Positions 40,130-53,402 of a stretch of DNA of 64,000 nucleotides are shown one piece after another. Position 1 is the stretch's first letter; each line of letters opens with the position of its first letter. The position numbers and the translations under genes are program-made. The notes under the pieces are model-generated. The model had not been told where the DNA came from and did not search any database. It saw only the letters and a list, made by a program, of their open reading frames with translations. The DNA comes from Octopus vulgaris (Eukaryota): NCBI GenBank assembly GCA_951406725.2, contig OX597815.1, positions 69,378,001 through 69,442,000 of the forward strand, read 5' to 3'.

Positions 40130-40640
40130 AACAGAAGCAATGTACCTTTGTTGAGTTCTTGGCAACGGAACAGCGCAGTCTGTCAAGCATCCATTGAAGG
40201 CTGAAGATTGTTTACCGCACTGAGTATCGGAAAGTGTGCAACGTGGGTACCTCGTCATTGAATTCGAAGGAGAGAATGGTAGAAGCCTTCTTTGATCTGC
40301 TAGAAACATTTGAAGCTGATGAGGGTACGTTTTTTAAAATTTTTGTTTGTTCTTTCTGATTTGTTAACAAACGATGAAATGTGGTCGTATCTTTTTGATC
40401 CAGAAACGAAGGCTTACACCACGGAATGGTGTTACATTTTCTTTCCAAGGCCCAAGAAGTTAGAGAGCCAGCGATTCGCTGAGAAAGTGATGGTGACATT
40501 TTAATGATGCTTAGAGCGTCGTTCTCCTTGATATTCTGGAAGGTAACAGTCCTGTGAACTGCAATCGGTACATTAAGACACTCAAAAAGCTTAGAGAGAA
40601 GCCATGAAAAGGAAGAGACTGAGCAAGAATTTGAGAATGA
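40130..40640 (+). mobile_element. Mariner transposase fragment
   Basis: CATWVPRH, DEMWSYLFDPETK, KVMVTF. Confidence 0.7.
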
Positions 40641-40780
40641 TTAACACCCAGACAATGCCCCCCCACCAAACAAACAATTGCAGTAAAAAGAGGATTTCAG
40701 ATAAGTAAATTTGTCGTGTGAAATGAAGAATCTACCTTTTCGGTTTTTTGGTGGAAGAGTAGTATGGGAGTTGTTACTTG

Positions 40781-41360
40781 GGTTAGAGCCTTGATCTTTC
40801 TATCTGAGTAAATTGGCATATACCAAAGTATGGTTGCTTTGTCATTTTCTGAGACCTTTTCTGAGTTATGCTTATACCATCTCTTTCCTGTTGTAATTCC
40901 CTAGTGTTGGCACAGTTTCCAGTGTATGTAGGTCCCAACTCTGTCATGCCTGTGGATATATTTCTTCTTAGCCAGGACTGGGCAGCCAGAGACAATATGA
41001 TTTATTGTTTTCTGCTCTTTACTACATATTCTGAAGTCACTTATTGTATTTTTCTTCATTATGTGTTTCTGGTGGGGAGCCTTCATTCCCTGCTTTGGGT
41101 CATGAGCTTCTCAACTATTGTTGGGATTTTACTTTCTTTTTTGTTTAGCTTATCCCAGTATTTGCCATGTAAAGGTTTTTCTTGCCGTCGTTTTATCACG
41201 GTATTTTGTAGTTCCAAGCTTAGATTTCGGTTGCTAGCTTTTGTTGTTTGCTCTTTTTCTTCAAAGTTGTCAAGTACTATGACCTCTTTCTTGTATTTTT
41301 TTTTTGCTTCCTTAAGAACAGAAAACAGTTTTTTGTTTTGTTCATGTTTTGTAGCTAGAC
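40781..41360 (-). mobile_element. R4/Dong-like fragment (zinc knuckle/RHD region)
   Basis: RICSKEQKTINHIVSGCPVLAKKKYIHRHDRVG. Confidence 0.75.
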
Positions 41361-42683
41361 GACCGAGGGTGGATTACAAAATGGATTTCGTTTAGCTGAC
41401 CTACCTTTGAGAAATTAACTTAACGACGAAACCTTTCGAGGTGACTAGGACCGATTGAACAGTGTTCGTCGGCCCCTGAGCATAGCAATGCATCGGGATC
41501 TCTTGCACACATAACCACAGCAATTAGTAATGAGGTCCCTAGATCTGTAAGATACCCTGACACAGTGTCTACTGAGTACCCCATGCCTTTAAGCAGTGCT
41601 GGCGGTGAGTCAACATTCTATTGTACGTTACGACATAAGACATCACATTTCATTTCTTCCACACTTAAAAACACATCTACGCGCACGGACACACACAAAC
41701 GCAAACACACAGGCGCGTACATATATATACATACACATACACATATATACACAGAGGTAACTTTATACTGGCGGACTTATGTACCTGACTGACCTTTGGA
41801 TTAGTGATTAGTCTCTAGTTTTCCTTCAGTTAAGAATAGCCGCACTATTTGGAACATTTTCTTCTTGTTCTTTGTGCATTTATCAGTGTTTTGTTTTTGA
41901 TTTTTGTTTTTCTATTTTTTGTTAGTTTCTTTCTTTTTTTCCAGACGATGTTTCAGGCTGCCATCTTTGTTACACCTTCATATATCAACGTAGTTGAATA
42001 TGTAGAGAATGTGATCGTAAATATCATTGGGACATTGTCACGTGTTGATATGTGTGAGGAAAGTAACCGAGAGATAGAAGGAGGGGAAAAAAGAAGGAAA
42101 AGAAAAAGAAATAAAAAGGAAGATGAAAAAGAAGACAAAAATAAAGTGGCAATGTAGAAAGCAAAACAGAAAGAGAGAGAGAGTGGGGGGAAGACAGAGA
42201 AGCAGAGGGAGAAGCCAGAGTAAGTGTGGGGAGGAGGCAGAGGTAAAGAATGTGTGGTTTGCATGATTTTAAGGAGAGTGTGTGAGTTTATATATGTGTA
42301 CGTATATGAATGAAGGTGAACAGTGGACGAGAGAATTAGTGAAGAGAAAAGGGAGTAGATAAAGGAGGAGGGGCAAGTCACAATGTATGTGTGTATGAGT
42401 AAATGAGAGTGTATGTGTGCTCGTGTGTGTGTGTGTGTGTGTGAGTGTGTGTGTGAGTGTGTGCGCGTGCGCGTTTGTGAGTGTTTCTGTGTGTGGAAGG
42501 GCGTTTAGTGAGTTTATATCTTATAAATAGAAGCATATTATAAATAGATATATATCATACAGAAAGAAAATGAGGGGGAGACGGAAAGAGGGGGAATGAG
42601 AGAGAGAGAGAGAGATGAAGGAGAGAGAGAGAAAGAGAGTGAGAGAGAGAGAGATGAAGGAGAGAGAGAGAAAGAGAGTGTGA

Positions 42684-42722
<39 letters not shown>

Positions 42723-42906
42723 TGATTATATATGTCAAGAAAACGATAGGAAGGGAAACATTTTGTAGCGTGTGTGTGTGTGTATGTGTGTGTGTGTGTT
42801 TGTGTATGTATGTGCTAGAGAGAGCGGAAGAAAAAGAGAGAGAAACTGTATGAAGAAAAAAGAGATTGTGGGAGTATGCGTTTGTACATGCATATATATG
42901 TACGTT

Positions 42907-42957
<51 letters not shown>

Positions 42958-43314
42958 GATAGATAGGTAGGTAGATAGATAGATAGATAGACAGACTAAT
43001 GAGTGGATAGGTAGATAGACTGAAAGATAGATTGGTAGACAGACAGAAAGATAGATCGATCGATAGACAGAGAGGAATAAAAGAAAGGAATTGTAATAGT
43101 GTATGCATGGGAGCGTGTGTGTGTCTGCGTAGAGTGACAGAGAGAGTGAAAAAAGAGAGAAGGGAGGAGAGAAAAAGATAGAGCAGCAAGGAGGGGGAAG
43201 ACAAAGAGATTGCCTGTGACAGTGTTTATATAGATATGTATGTCCATCGTTTGATTAACCAGTCTAATATGTGTGTGTGAATGTACATGTGAATATATGC
43301 ATGAAGGTGTGTAT

Positions 43315-43360
<46 letters not shown>

Positions 43361-43473
43361 GTGAATGTATCTATATATATGTGTGTAATATATAGATGAG
43401 TGGTGTAAGGATGGTAAAAGATAGTGAACGTGTGTGAGTGCATGTATATATGCACGAGTGTGTATATGTAAAC

Positions 43474-43511
<38 letters not shown>

Positions 43512-43609
43512 ATACTGCATACAATACTGAATCTATATGTGTGCGCGCGGAAGACAGAGGGACGAGTGTGCGATGGAAGAGAAAATATAAGCCGATGTGT
43601 TTGTATGTC

Positions 43610-43653
<44 letters not shown>

Positions 43654-44123
43654 TGCGACATACAGTACGTAGTATGTATGTATGTGAGGACAAGAAGAAA
43701 GAGAAAGAGGGAGGCTGAGAAAAGTGAAGGCTACAAAGACTGTGTATGTGTGTGTGCCTGTGCGTGCGTGTGTGTGTGTATTTGTGTGTTGCCACACTAA
43801 GTGAAAAATAATTTTTAAAATAAAATATAAAACCACCAGAAATATTCCTTTAATTTTACTTCATTATTTAGTTAAACCTACATTCTACACACACGCACAC
43901 ACACACACACACACACACGCACACACACACATGCACATACAAACATACATTCACAGAGACAGATATACTGCATGTAGCACTAACTCATACAGAGACACAA
44001 GCACAATTATGTGTGCATGCACCTGCATATATATGTGTGCGTGTCTGTGTCTGTGTATGTGTGAGTGCGTACGTGTATGAGTGCGTGTGTGTATGCGTGT
44101 GTGTGTGAATAGTGCGTATATGT

Positions 44124-44154
<31 letters not shown>

Positions 44155-44161
44155 CATACCT

Positions 44162-44218
<57 letters not shown>

Positions 44219-44561
44219 AATGCTGAGCAATATTCTGATACATACAAACACACACCTTTTAGAAGATATATTTGCTTGCCATGTGATTTTTCAAAATTTT
44301 TGTTTAGTCTTCCTTTCCTTATTTCTCTCCTCCCCTTCCATTTCTTCCTTCCCCTTTTCCTTTTCCTCCTCCTCCGCTTCTCCCCTTCTTTGCTACCGTC
44401 ACCAGCACCTAGTTTTTATTATGTTCATAATTTATATAATAAATGCTACTTTATAGAGAAATAAACGTTCTCTATCACAGTCAAATCGAAGTTCCTGCCT
44501 TACGTTGCGTAATATTAAATAACTATAGGAAGAAAAAGAAAATGGCAATGATAATAATAAT

Positions 44562-46160
44562 TCTCTGTATCATAGGCACATGGCCTGAAATTTTTGGGAA
44601 AGGGGCCTGTCGATGTAATCGACCTCAGTGTTCAACTTGTACTTTTTTGATCGATCACGAAAGGATGAAAGGTAAAGTCGACCCCGGCGTAATTTGAACT
44701 CAGATACATAAAGACGGACGAAATGTGCCTAAGCATTTCGTCCGGCGTGCTAACGTTTCTACCAGCTCGTCGCCTTTTAACTAATAATGATAATAATGAC
44801 CTTTTTACCATAGGCACAAGGCTTGAAATTTGGAGGGAAGGGGTGAGTCGATTACATCGACCCCAGTGCGTAACTGGTACTTATTTAGTCGACACCGAAA
44901 GGATGAAAGGCAAAGTCGAGTTCGGTGGAATTTGAACTATACCGCTAAGCATTTCGCCAGGCTTGCTAACGATTCTTATTTCTTTATTACCCACATGAGG
45001 CTAAACATAGAGGGAACAAACAAGTACAGACAAAAGGATTAAGTCGATTACATCGACCCCAGTGTGTAACTGGTACTTAATTTATCGACCCCGAAAGGAT
45101 GAAAGGCAAAGTCGACCTCGGCGGAATTTGAACTCAGAACTAACGACAAACGAAATACGGCTACGCATTTCGCCCGATGTGCTAACGTTTCTTATTTCTT
45201 TATTGCCTACAAAGGACTAAACATAGAGGGAACAAACAAGGACAGACAAAGGGATCAAGTCAATTAGATCGACCCTAGTACGTAATTGGTGCTTAATTTA
45301 GCGACCCCGAAAGGATGAAAGGCAAAGTCGACCTCGGCAGAATTTGAACTCAGAACGTAAAGACAGACGAAATACCTATTTCTTTACTACCCACAAGGAG
45401 CTAAACACAGAGGGGACAAACAAGGACAGACACACGGATTAAGTCGATTACATCGACCCCAGTGCGTAACTGGTACTTATTTAATCGACCCCGAAAGGAT
45501 GAAAGGTAAAGTCGACCTCGGCGGAATTTTACGGCTACGCATTTCGCCCGGCGTGCTAACGTTTCTGCCAGCTCACCGCCTTAACTACTACTACTATTAC
45601 TACTACTAATAATAATAACAACGGCTTTAAATTTTTGTGCAAGGACAGCAGTTTTGAGAAAAGGACTAAGTCGATTAAATCGACTCCAGTACTCAACTGG
45701 TACTTATTTTATCAACCCCGAAAGTACAAAAGGCAAATCAACCTCGGTGGAAATTTGAACGTAAAGACGGATGAAATGTAGCTAAGTATTTCGCCCGGCG
45801 TGCTAACGATTCTGCCAGATCGCCGGCTTTATAAAGATAATAATTATAATAAGTGCTTTGATGCAGTACTTGGCAGTGGCTCCATTGGTTTCTGACCTTA
45901 ACCTATTGAAAGAGTTATCATGCGCCTGTTTTGTGTTGGTGTAAAAGATGGGCTACAGAATTGCTTGTCAGTTGTTTGATTAGCCATGTGTTGTGAAGGA
46001 TTATTTGGGGTTTGAATAAGTAATCTCTGGAAACCCAGGTGCTCAGCTGGTACTTATTTCATCGACCTTGAAAGGATTAAAGTCAAAATTGGTCTAGGCA
46101 TTATTGGAACTCAGAATAAAAACAGCCAGAAGATATGCCGCTCGACATTTTTTCCGACCC
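44562..46160 (-). mobile_element. Cluster of about seven co-oriented SINE family B copies
   Basis: gaaaggatgaaagg.aaagtcgacc recurs near 44659, 44897, 45093, 45309, 45493, 45720 and 46070. Confidence 0.85.
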
Positions 46161-46202
46161 GAAGATTGGCTAAACGGTGGCCTAGAAGAGGTTAGAAAGG
46201 TC

Positions 46203-46932
46203 AATTCAGGACAATTGTTTCGCTATTAATAAATTATGTAATTTTACTCACATAACATATCTTGTCCTGAATTAATCTGCATTTTTGTTATTCTTTATTT
46301 GCCCTGTTCGTTTACGCTAATAGTTGTGCTAACTTTCATCGGAGACAATTCTTCGTGGCTGAAACCAGCGGATCTATTTTTAGTGCTAGAGTAGACCACA
46401 TAGTGGTCACTCTCTTATATTTACATATAAAATTTATTGTATTCCTGGTTTTTATGCACTAAGCCACTTGGTGTTGAATTGATGGTACTATTAAATTAGT
46501 ATCCAATTTTCTCACACTTATTAGTAGATTGTAATTATACTGCATCTAATTTTTGATGTAGTATCTGTTTCCGTGAATTTTGGCGGGCTTTGGCGGGGGC
46601 ACTTGAATTATAACGGCGAATGCAATCGACTGAACCGCATGTGTGTTTATCGTTATGGTAAAATCTGGCATGCGATTGAGTAAATTGTATTCTAGACAAA
46701 TTCAGCCGAGGAGTCACAGATATGTTATGTGAGTAAAATTACATAATTTATTAATAGCGAAACAGTTGTCCTGAATTAATCTGCATTTTTGTTATTCTTT
46801 ATTTGCCCTGTTCGTTTACGCTAATAGTTGTGCTAACTTTCATCGGAGACAATTCTTCGTGGCTGAAACCAGCGGATCTATTTTTAGTGCTAGAGTAGAC
46901 CACATAGTGGTCACTCTCTTATATTTACATAT
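46203..46932. mobile_element. HHR-bearing element: 504-nt unit with ~167-bp identical terminal direct repeat and a short inverted arm
   Basis: 46262-46428 equals 46766-46932; 46203-46260 is inverted to 46720-46777. Confidence 0.8.
46699..46777 (+). ncRNA. Type-I hammerhead motif with long stem II
   Basis: aattcag-CCGAGGA-g...c-GAAAC-agtt-GTC-ctgaatt; 7-bp perfect stem I; C at position 4. Confidence 0.65.
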
Positions 46933-46935
46933 ATA

Positions 46936-47092
46936 GGAGTGGCTGTGTGGTAAAGTAGCTTGCTTACCAATCACACAGTTCCGGGTTCAGTCCCACTGCG
47001 TTGCACCTTGGACATGTGTCTTCTACTATAGCCTCGGGCCGACCAAAGCCTTGTGAGAGGATTTGATAGACGGAAACTGAAAGAAGTTCGTC

Positions 47093-47150
<58 letters not shown>

Positions 47151-47377
47151 ACACATACACACATGTATGTATGTATTTGTGTGTATGTTTGTACCCCCGA
47201 CATCGCTTGACAACCGATGCCGGTGTGTTTACGTCCCCGTAACTTAGCGGCAAATGGGACCGATAGAATAAGTACTAGGCTTACAATGAAAAAGTCCTGG
47301 GGCCGATTTGCTCGACTAAAGGTAGTGCTCCAGCATGGCCGCAGTCAAATGACTGAAACAAATAAAAGAATAAAAGA

Positions 47378-47378
<1 letters not shown>
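46936..47378 (+). mobile_element. SINE family A, full length
   Basis: Full motif set. Confidence 0.85.
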
Positions 47379-47412
<34 letters not shown>

Positions 47413-47413
<1 letters not shown>

Positions 47414-48672
47414 TGGGTTGCCCGGAAAGTTCGTGCCAGTTTATAGTAGCCTTACCTTTCGACTTATTTTAGAACATGGTTGAGTCCATAAAATAGAATT
47501 TGACTACACCTCCATATAGAGCACAGTTTAAGCTATCTTTTCATGGAAGAAGGTTTATGTTCTTATAACCTGTGTTAATTCTGTGACCCTTTAAAATGGA
47601 AGATAAGAAGTTCATTTTCGGCACTTGATGCTTTTCTTTTTCAGTAAAGTAAAAAATGCCTCGCAAGCAACCAAAGAAATATGCGCAGTTTACGGTAATG
47701 TTTCTTTGTCCGAAAGAACTGTACGGAAGTGGTTCGCAAGGTTCCGAGCTGGTGATTGTAGCCTTATTGATAAAGAACGATCACGCAGACCATCCACTAC
47801 AGATGATGATCAAATCAAGTCATTAATTGAGAATAACCCACATTGCACAACCCGAGAATTGGCAGAAAGCCTCAACCTATCAAAATCCGTCGTTCATGAG
47901 CACCTGGTAAAGCTTGGGTACACAAATCGCTAAGATGTTTGGGTACCACACGAATTGAGTGAGAAGAACCTTTTTGATCGCATTTCCATCTGTGATTCGC
48001 TTTATAAACAGAATGAAAACGCGCCTTTTTTAAAGCAAATCACAGATGGAAATGTTCACAGAAAGCGATCCGGGAGTAAGCGACATGAGCCACCCTTAGC
48101 CACCCCATAAGGGGGTCTTCACCCTAAAAAGATCTTGCTTTGTGTCTGGTGGGATTGGAAAGGAATTCTGTACTATGAGCCTCTCCCAAGTAACCAGACA
48201 ATTAATTCTGAGAAATACTGCACACAACTGGACGAGTTAAAAGCAGCAATTCAAGAGAAACGTCCAGAATTGGCCAACAGGAAAGGTGTTGTTTTCCAAC
48301 ATGATAATGCAAGACCGCACGTTTCTTTGGGAACCAGACAAAATTTGCTGCAGCTTGGCTGGGATGTGTTACTCTACCCTACAAATTCACAAGATATTGC
48401 TCCTTCGGATTTCCACTTATTCAGGTCTCTGCAGAATAGTCTTAATGGTAAAAATTTCAATTCCTTGGATGACGTAAAAAGATACCTTGATGAATTATTT
48501 GCCATGAAACCACCTCAGTTCTGGGAAGAGGGTATTTTCAAGTTAAAGGAAAGATGGAAACACACTGTGCAACAAAATGGTTCATAGTTGGTTGATTAAA
48601 AATGTAATGGCAAGTATTTATTGACCTTTTTGTTTCCTTTAAAAATCGGCACGAACTTACCGGACAACCCAA
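47413..48672 (+). mobile_element. Full-length mariner element (mellifera-like TIRs), inactivated transposase
   Basis: TIRs ttgggttgcccggaaagttcgtgcc / ggcacgaacttaccggacaacccaa; TA flanks; HTH, WVPHEL, HDNARPH, DIAPSDFHLF; stop at 47931 and an internal deletion. Confidence 0.95.
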
Positions 48673-48723
48673 TATATATAAACATATATATATACTTACA
48701 TATACATATAACTCTCTTTCTCA

Positions 48724-48806
<83 letters not shown>

Positions 48807-49551
48807 GCTCTGTCATCAGTTTATATTTAAGACGCTATATGTATTTATATTTACACTTATTGCATTGTTAATTATTCTACTTCGTATATTCCACTACTAC
48901 CTATTATATTCAACTTACTGAGTGGTATCATGTATTCAACGTCAGCCCTTTTACTCTTCAAGCATGTATTTCTTGATTTAGCAGAACAAAAACGGAAATA
49001 ATTTGAAATTATAGATTGAAAATTCAGAAGGCCAAGGTATGTTGGTACCTTCTTATGTCTATACAGGAAGTATTGTTCTTCAGGAACTTTTGCAGAGAAT
49101 ATGAATAATGATGCTTATTATGTACATTTCTAACTTTGGCACAGAATGTGTCAAATATGTTGTAAATGCGCAGCTTTTGTATAAACTAAACCTGCTGTCC
49201 CTTCAAAGCATTTAGAAAATGAACATATCTTGTTTGTTAGATCATGTATCCGTCTGTAAATAAGCATATATTTAGGTAGTTTTGAATTCATACACATGTA
49301 GAACATTGTGAAACTATGTAGAGCATTTATAGTAGAAAACACCGTGATGTAAAATAACGAGTAATTTATTGATTACGACTTTCAGTACATAGTAACAATA
49401 ATCAAACCTGTATGAAATATTTGGTGAGTGGTAAATATAATTTTATTATTTTCCTGCTATTTTGGCATTTTTATTTACATCCTCATACTCTTATTAACAA
49501 CTTTCCTCAAACACATTTTCAACAATACCTCCAATTGCAAAAATCAAATGC

Positions 49552-49630
49552 ATTAGTCCCTCGACTATCGCGGGTGTTACGTTCCAAAACCCACCGCGAT
49601 AGGTGAAAATCCACGAAGTAAAAACAGTAC
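49552..49630 (+). mobile_element. Tigger/pogo-like terminal fragment
   Basis: tagtccctcgactatcgcgggtgttacgttccaaaaccc. Confidence 0.5.
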
Positions 49631-49723
49631 TGTATATTTTTTTAAATTATTCCAATAATTTATATATATTTATTTTCTTATTTTTATACATTGGGTTGGC
49701 AATGTATATATATATGCATGTTC

Positions 49724-49758
<35 letters not shown>

Positions 49759-50234
49759 TGTATGTATGTATGTATGTATGTATGTATATATGAACATACG
49801 TCTACATACACATAGGTGCATGTCTGTACATACACACACATATACACATGCTTGTAAAGGCAAACTGTTGACTTGAATCTCAGTTATTTCCCTTTCAGCC
49901 GTCCAGCCTATTCTCCTGATATACCTTCATATCATATTGTTTCTTCACTTCGCTCGCTATTTACCATTCAGAAAGGCAGCCATCTTTTAGCTGTCTTTCA
50001 ATGAAGCTAATTACCAATTGACTGGTATCTTTGAATTCCGAAAATCAAGCAAGTAAACTCAATTTGCCACACAAGCATGAGATAATAGAATATCTATTGA
50101 TTAAAGAACACTGTAATACAGGTCTTGCGGCCAACAGCTATATTAACAGCCTAACAGTAAGTCTTTAACCGATCGAGAAGCCTTTTTAAAGCAGTTTAAA
50201 ACGCACACGCATACAGACATGCACACAGATATAT

Positions 50235-50275
<41 letters not shown>

Positions 50276-50410
50276 TACGTGCATTTGTGTGTGTGCCTAT
50301 GTGCGTGTGTATGTATATATTACTTACAAATATATATGCATCCATACATGTATACATATACACATGTATTTATATTATGCACATATATTCACACACTCAT
50401 ATATATATGT

Positions 50411-50491
<81 letters not shown>

Positions 50492-50799
50492 TGCATGCCT
50501 ATATATTAGTCAATACAAGAGATCCTCTGTACTTTGATATAAACTCTTTTTCAATCCAGTCTAGGTTCTTAAGTGGATACTTTTCTCTGATTCTTGTGAT
50601 CAAAGAAATGGCAACACAGGAAAACATGAGGTTCGTTGAAATTCCAGTTGTCTCCAAAATACAATGCAAGGCGTGCGTATTGCCAATCTGTTTATGTCAA
50701 CACACACACATATATATATATAAAACAAGTTATTTATAAATTACTGCTATGTATGTATGTAAATGTATATATATATATATATATATATATATGATCTAA

Positions 50800-50840
<41 letters not shown>

Positions 50841-51398
50841 TTATATATTTATATAAATGCATATATATATATATATATGTAGATATATACATACATACAT
50901 GCATGCATACATAGATACATACATACATACATACATACATACATACATACATGCATACATGCAAACATAGAGATCTAAATTCGTATGCTGTAAACAACAT
51001 ACTATAGTCGCTGTTAAGAAGTAAACTTCTAAAAAAGGATAGAAAAATTTCGAAGGGTTGCTTTGGTATAATGGTAATATGTCTCTCATGTTTACAGAAA
51101 ATAAGGAGTGGAGTTTAAGTGTCTCGCACATCCTTCGACTTTTCTCTCCAAAGGTGGTTTCTAAAAAATTGTTTATCCCCTGTTCCACTGGCTAATATTA
51201 ATGTTTGTTTTTAAGTCAAATTATAACTAAAAACAATTTAACAATAGGCCGAAGTACCACTCAAAAATTTTTCGTTTCTACAAGTAAAGCATCAACTCTG
51301 AGTCCCAAGTTTCGGTTTGGTTTCCTTGAGCAGATAGTCCAATGGGGGTGAGCATGCCGAAACTTCCAGGTCACTGTCAAATTTTTCCTTGCAAAAAT

Positions 51399-51467
<69 letters not shown>

Positions 51468-51494
51468 TACATACGTACATAAATACATACATAC

Positions 51495-51536
<42 letters not shown>

Positions 51537-51738
51537 GTATATGTATATGTATATATATATTTTTATATATATATATAGGCGGTAACTTTTTCTTGCCACT
51601 ATATCATGGCTGTTCTGTAAAGAACTATGTTACTACATTTTAACCCTAGGAAAACGTCTTTTCCAGCTGGTTAACGACACACTACCTGTGTCCAATATAT
51701 TGTAAGTGAGCGAATCACTCCCCTCCAACTTGGCAAAA

Positions 51739-51783
51739 CCAGTAGACCATGGTTTCTGGATCTTTACCCTTCATCGGCACAGG
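51739..51783 (-). ncRNA. Minimal type-I hammerhead, left arm (C at position 4)
   Basis: cctgtg-CCGATGA-a gggt aaag atcc a-GAAAC-catg-GTC-tactgg. Confidence 0.6.
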
Positions 51784-52173
51784 ACACCTGCCTGCTAGTG
51801 ATGGCATTCAATCGTCCCTACTCGCAATATATAAGCAGAAAAGCGGCAAACAGCCGTTGATCTCGTAACGAGCAAAATAGCTCTTCTAAAATCTCTAAAC
51901 GAGTTGCAGCAATACTAGACGGTAACGCTTTTTTCTTTTGTCACTATACCATGGCTGTTCTGTAAAGCACTATATTACTACATTTTAACCTCAAGAAAAC
52001 GTCTTTTCCAGCTGATTAACGACACACGACCTGCGCCCGATATATTTTGAGTAAGGCATCGAGATTTTAGAACCAGCTACTTTGCTCGTTACGAGACTAG
52101 CGGCTGTCTGGTGCCTCTATGTTTATATATTGTGAGTAGGGACGATTGAATGCCATCTCTAGCAAGCAAATGT

Positions 52174-52218
52174 CCAGTACTGATGAAGGGTAAAAATTCA
52201 GAAACCATGGTATACTGG
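52174..52218 (+). ncRNA. Minimal type-I hammerhead ribozyme, right arm
   Basis: ccagta-CTGATGA-agggtaaaaattca-GAAAC-catg-GTA-tactgg; perfect 6-bp stem I, palindromic stem III. Confidence 0.8.
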
Positions 52219-52443
52219 TCTTGCCAAGCTGGAGGGGAGTAATTTGCTCCTTTACACACAATATACCGGACACAGTTTGTGTGTCGTTAACCAGCTGGAA
52301 AAGACGTTTCCTGGGGTTAAAATGTAGTAATATAGTTCTTTACAAAACAGTCATGGTATAGTGGCAAGAAAAAGTTACCGTCTAGTATTGTTACTAATAT
52401 CTCGTTTAGAGATTTTAAAACTAGCTACTTTGATCGTATATAT

Positions 52444-52495
<52 letters not shown>

Positions 52496-52619
52496 TATTT
52501 ATATAAATAGATAGATAGAAACCGAGAGAGAAAGAAAGAGGGGGAGAGAGAGGGAGAAAGAGAGAAGACAGACAAACAGACAGACAGAGACAGAAACATA
52601 GACTGAGAAATAGTAAAAG

Positions 52620-53402
52620 GTAGAGCGTGTGCACTCTTAGAACGTAAAGCTCTGCATTGTCTTGCATGGATACAGGTCTGTCTTGGCTCGGTGTGATGCT
52701 TGATTATCGGGAGTCAACCATTCCTTCCTCTATTTTATATTAACGTAAAGACACCATTTTTCATCACCGGTGACGATGCTGTAAATAAATCTTTATCTCC
52801 ACAACAAACATGGTGTCGAGCAAGCAAACTTTTGGCGGTAGGGGAGCGCTGGAGTTTGTCACCTTCGTTCAGAGCTCGCGGTACTTATGCACCGAGATTT
52901 TGGACTTTATCCATCGTGTGAAGGGAACAGGTGACGATATTATAAAAGCATCCCATCTGCTGGGCGAATTGAGTAGTGAATTAGCGAAGACCTTTGTTGA
53001 GAAGGTTGTCCAATCGATCGTCATTGAACTGAGCAGGTCGGCCGAAACGCAGTGTCTGAGATCAAATTTCACGTTAATGCATGAAAACCATTTCTGTGAA
53101 GTGTTTTGAGTAATAGCCCCTTTTCTGTACACAGCACAAATATCTCGAGTGACTTTGGCAACTTTGGAAACTTGACTGAAAGCGTAGAGAAGCAGCTGTG
53201 GAAAATATTCATTTTTTTCTTCTTTGGCACTCTATTCGACATATATCTGAAAAGGAAAAATTTATTCAAAACTCAGAAACGATAAACAAAAGTTGTATGG
53301 GAAGAATAGAACTGTAATAACCATAAAAGACTACGATAAATAAATTTTTCGCGTTAATTCAAACAACACTGGAATGAAACGAGCGTATTTATCTGACAGC
53401 CC
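52620..53402 (-). mobile_element. Mariner remnant, 5' part
   Basis: IVTGDEKWCLYVN on the minus strand at ~52740-52778; TIR-like tagggctgtcagataaat. Confidence 0.7.

Larger units (their letters stand above)
51578..52436. mobile_element. HHR-bearing element: two divergent arms, each more than one ~340-348-nt unit, flanked by (TA)n
   Basis: Left arm repeats at 51581/51921; right arm repeats at 52061/52409; the arms are reverse complements. Confidence 0.85.

Noticed and set aside
44562-45830. Repeat/spacer-like periodicity resembling a CRISPR array
   Set aside because: Units are ~200-bp SINEs in eukaryotic DNA, with no unique spacers and no cas genes
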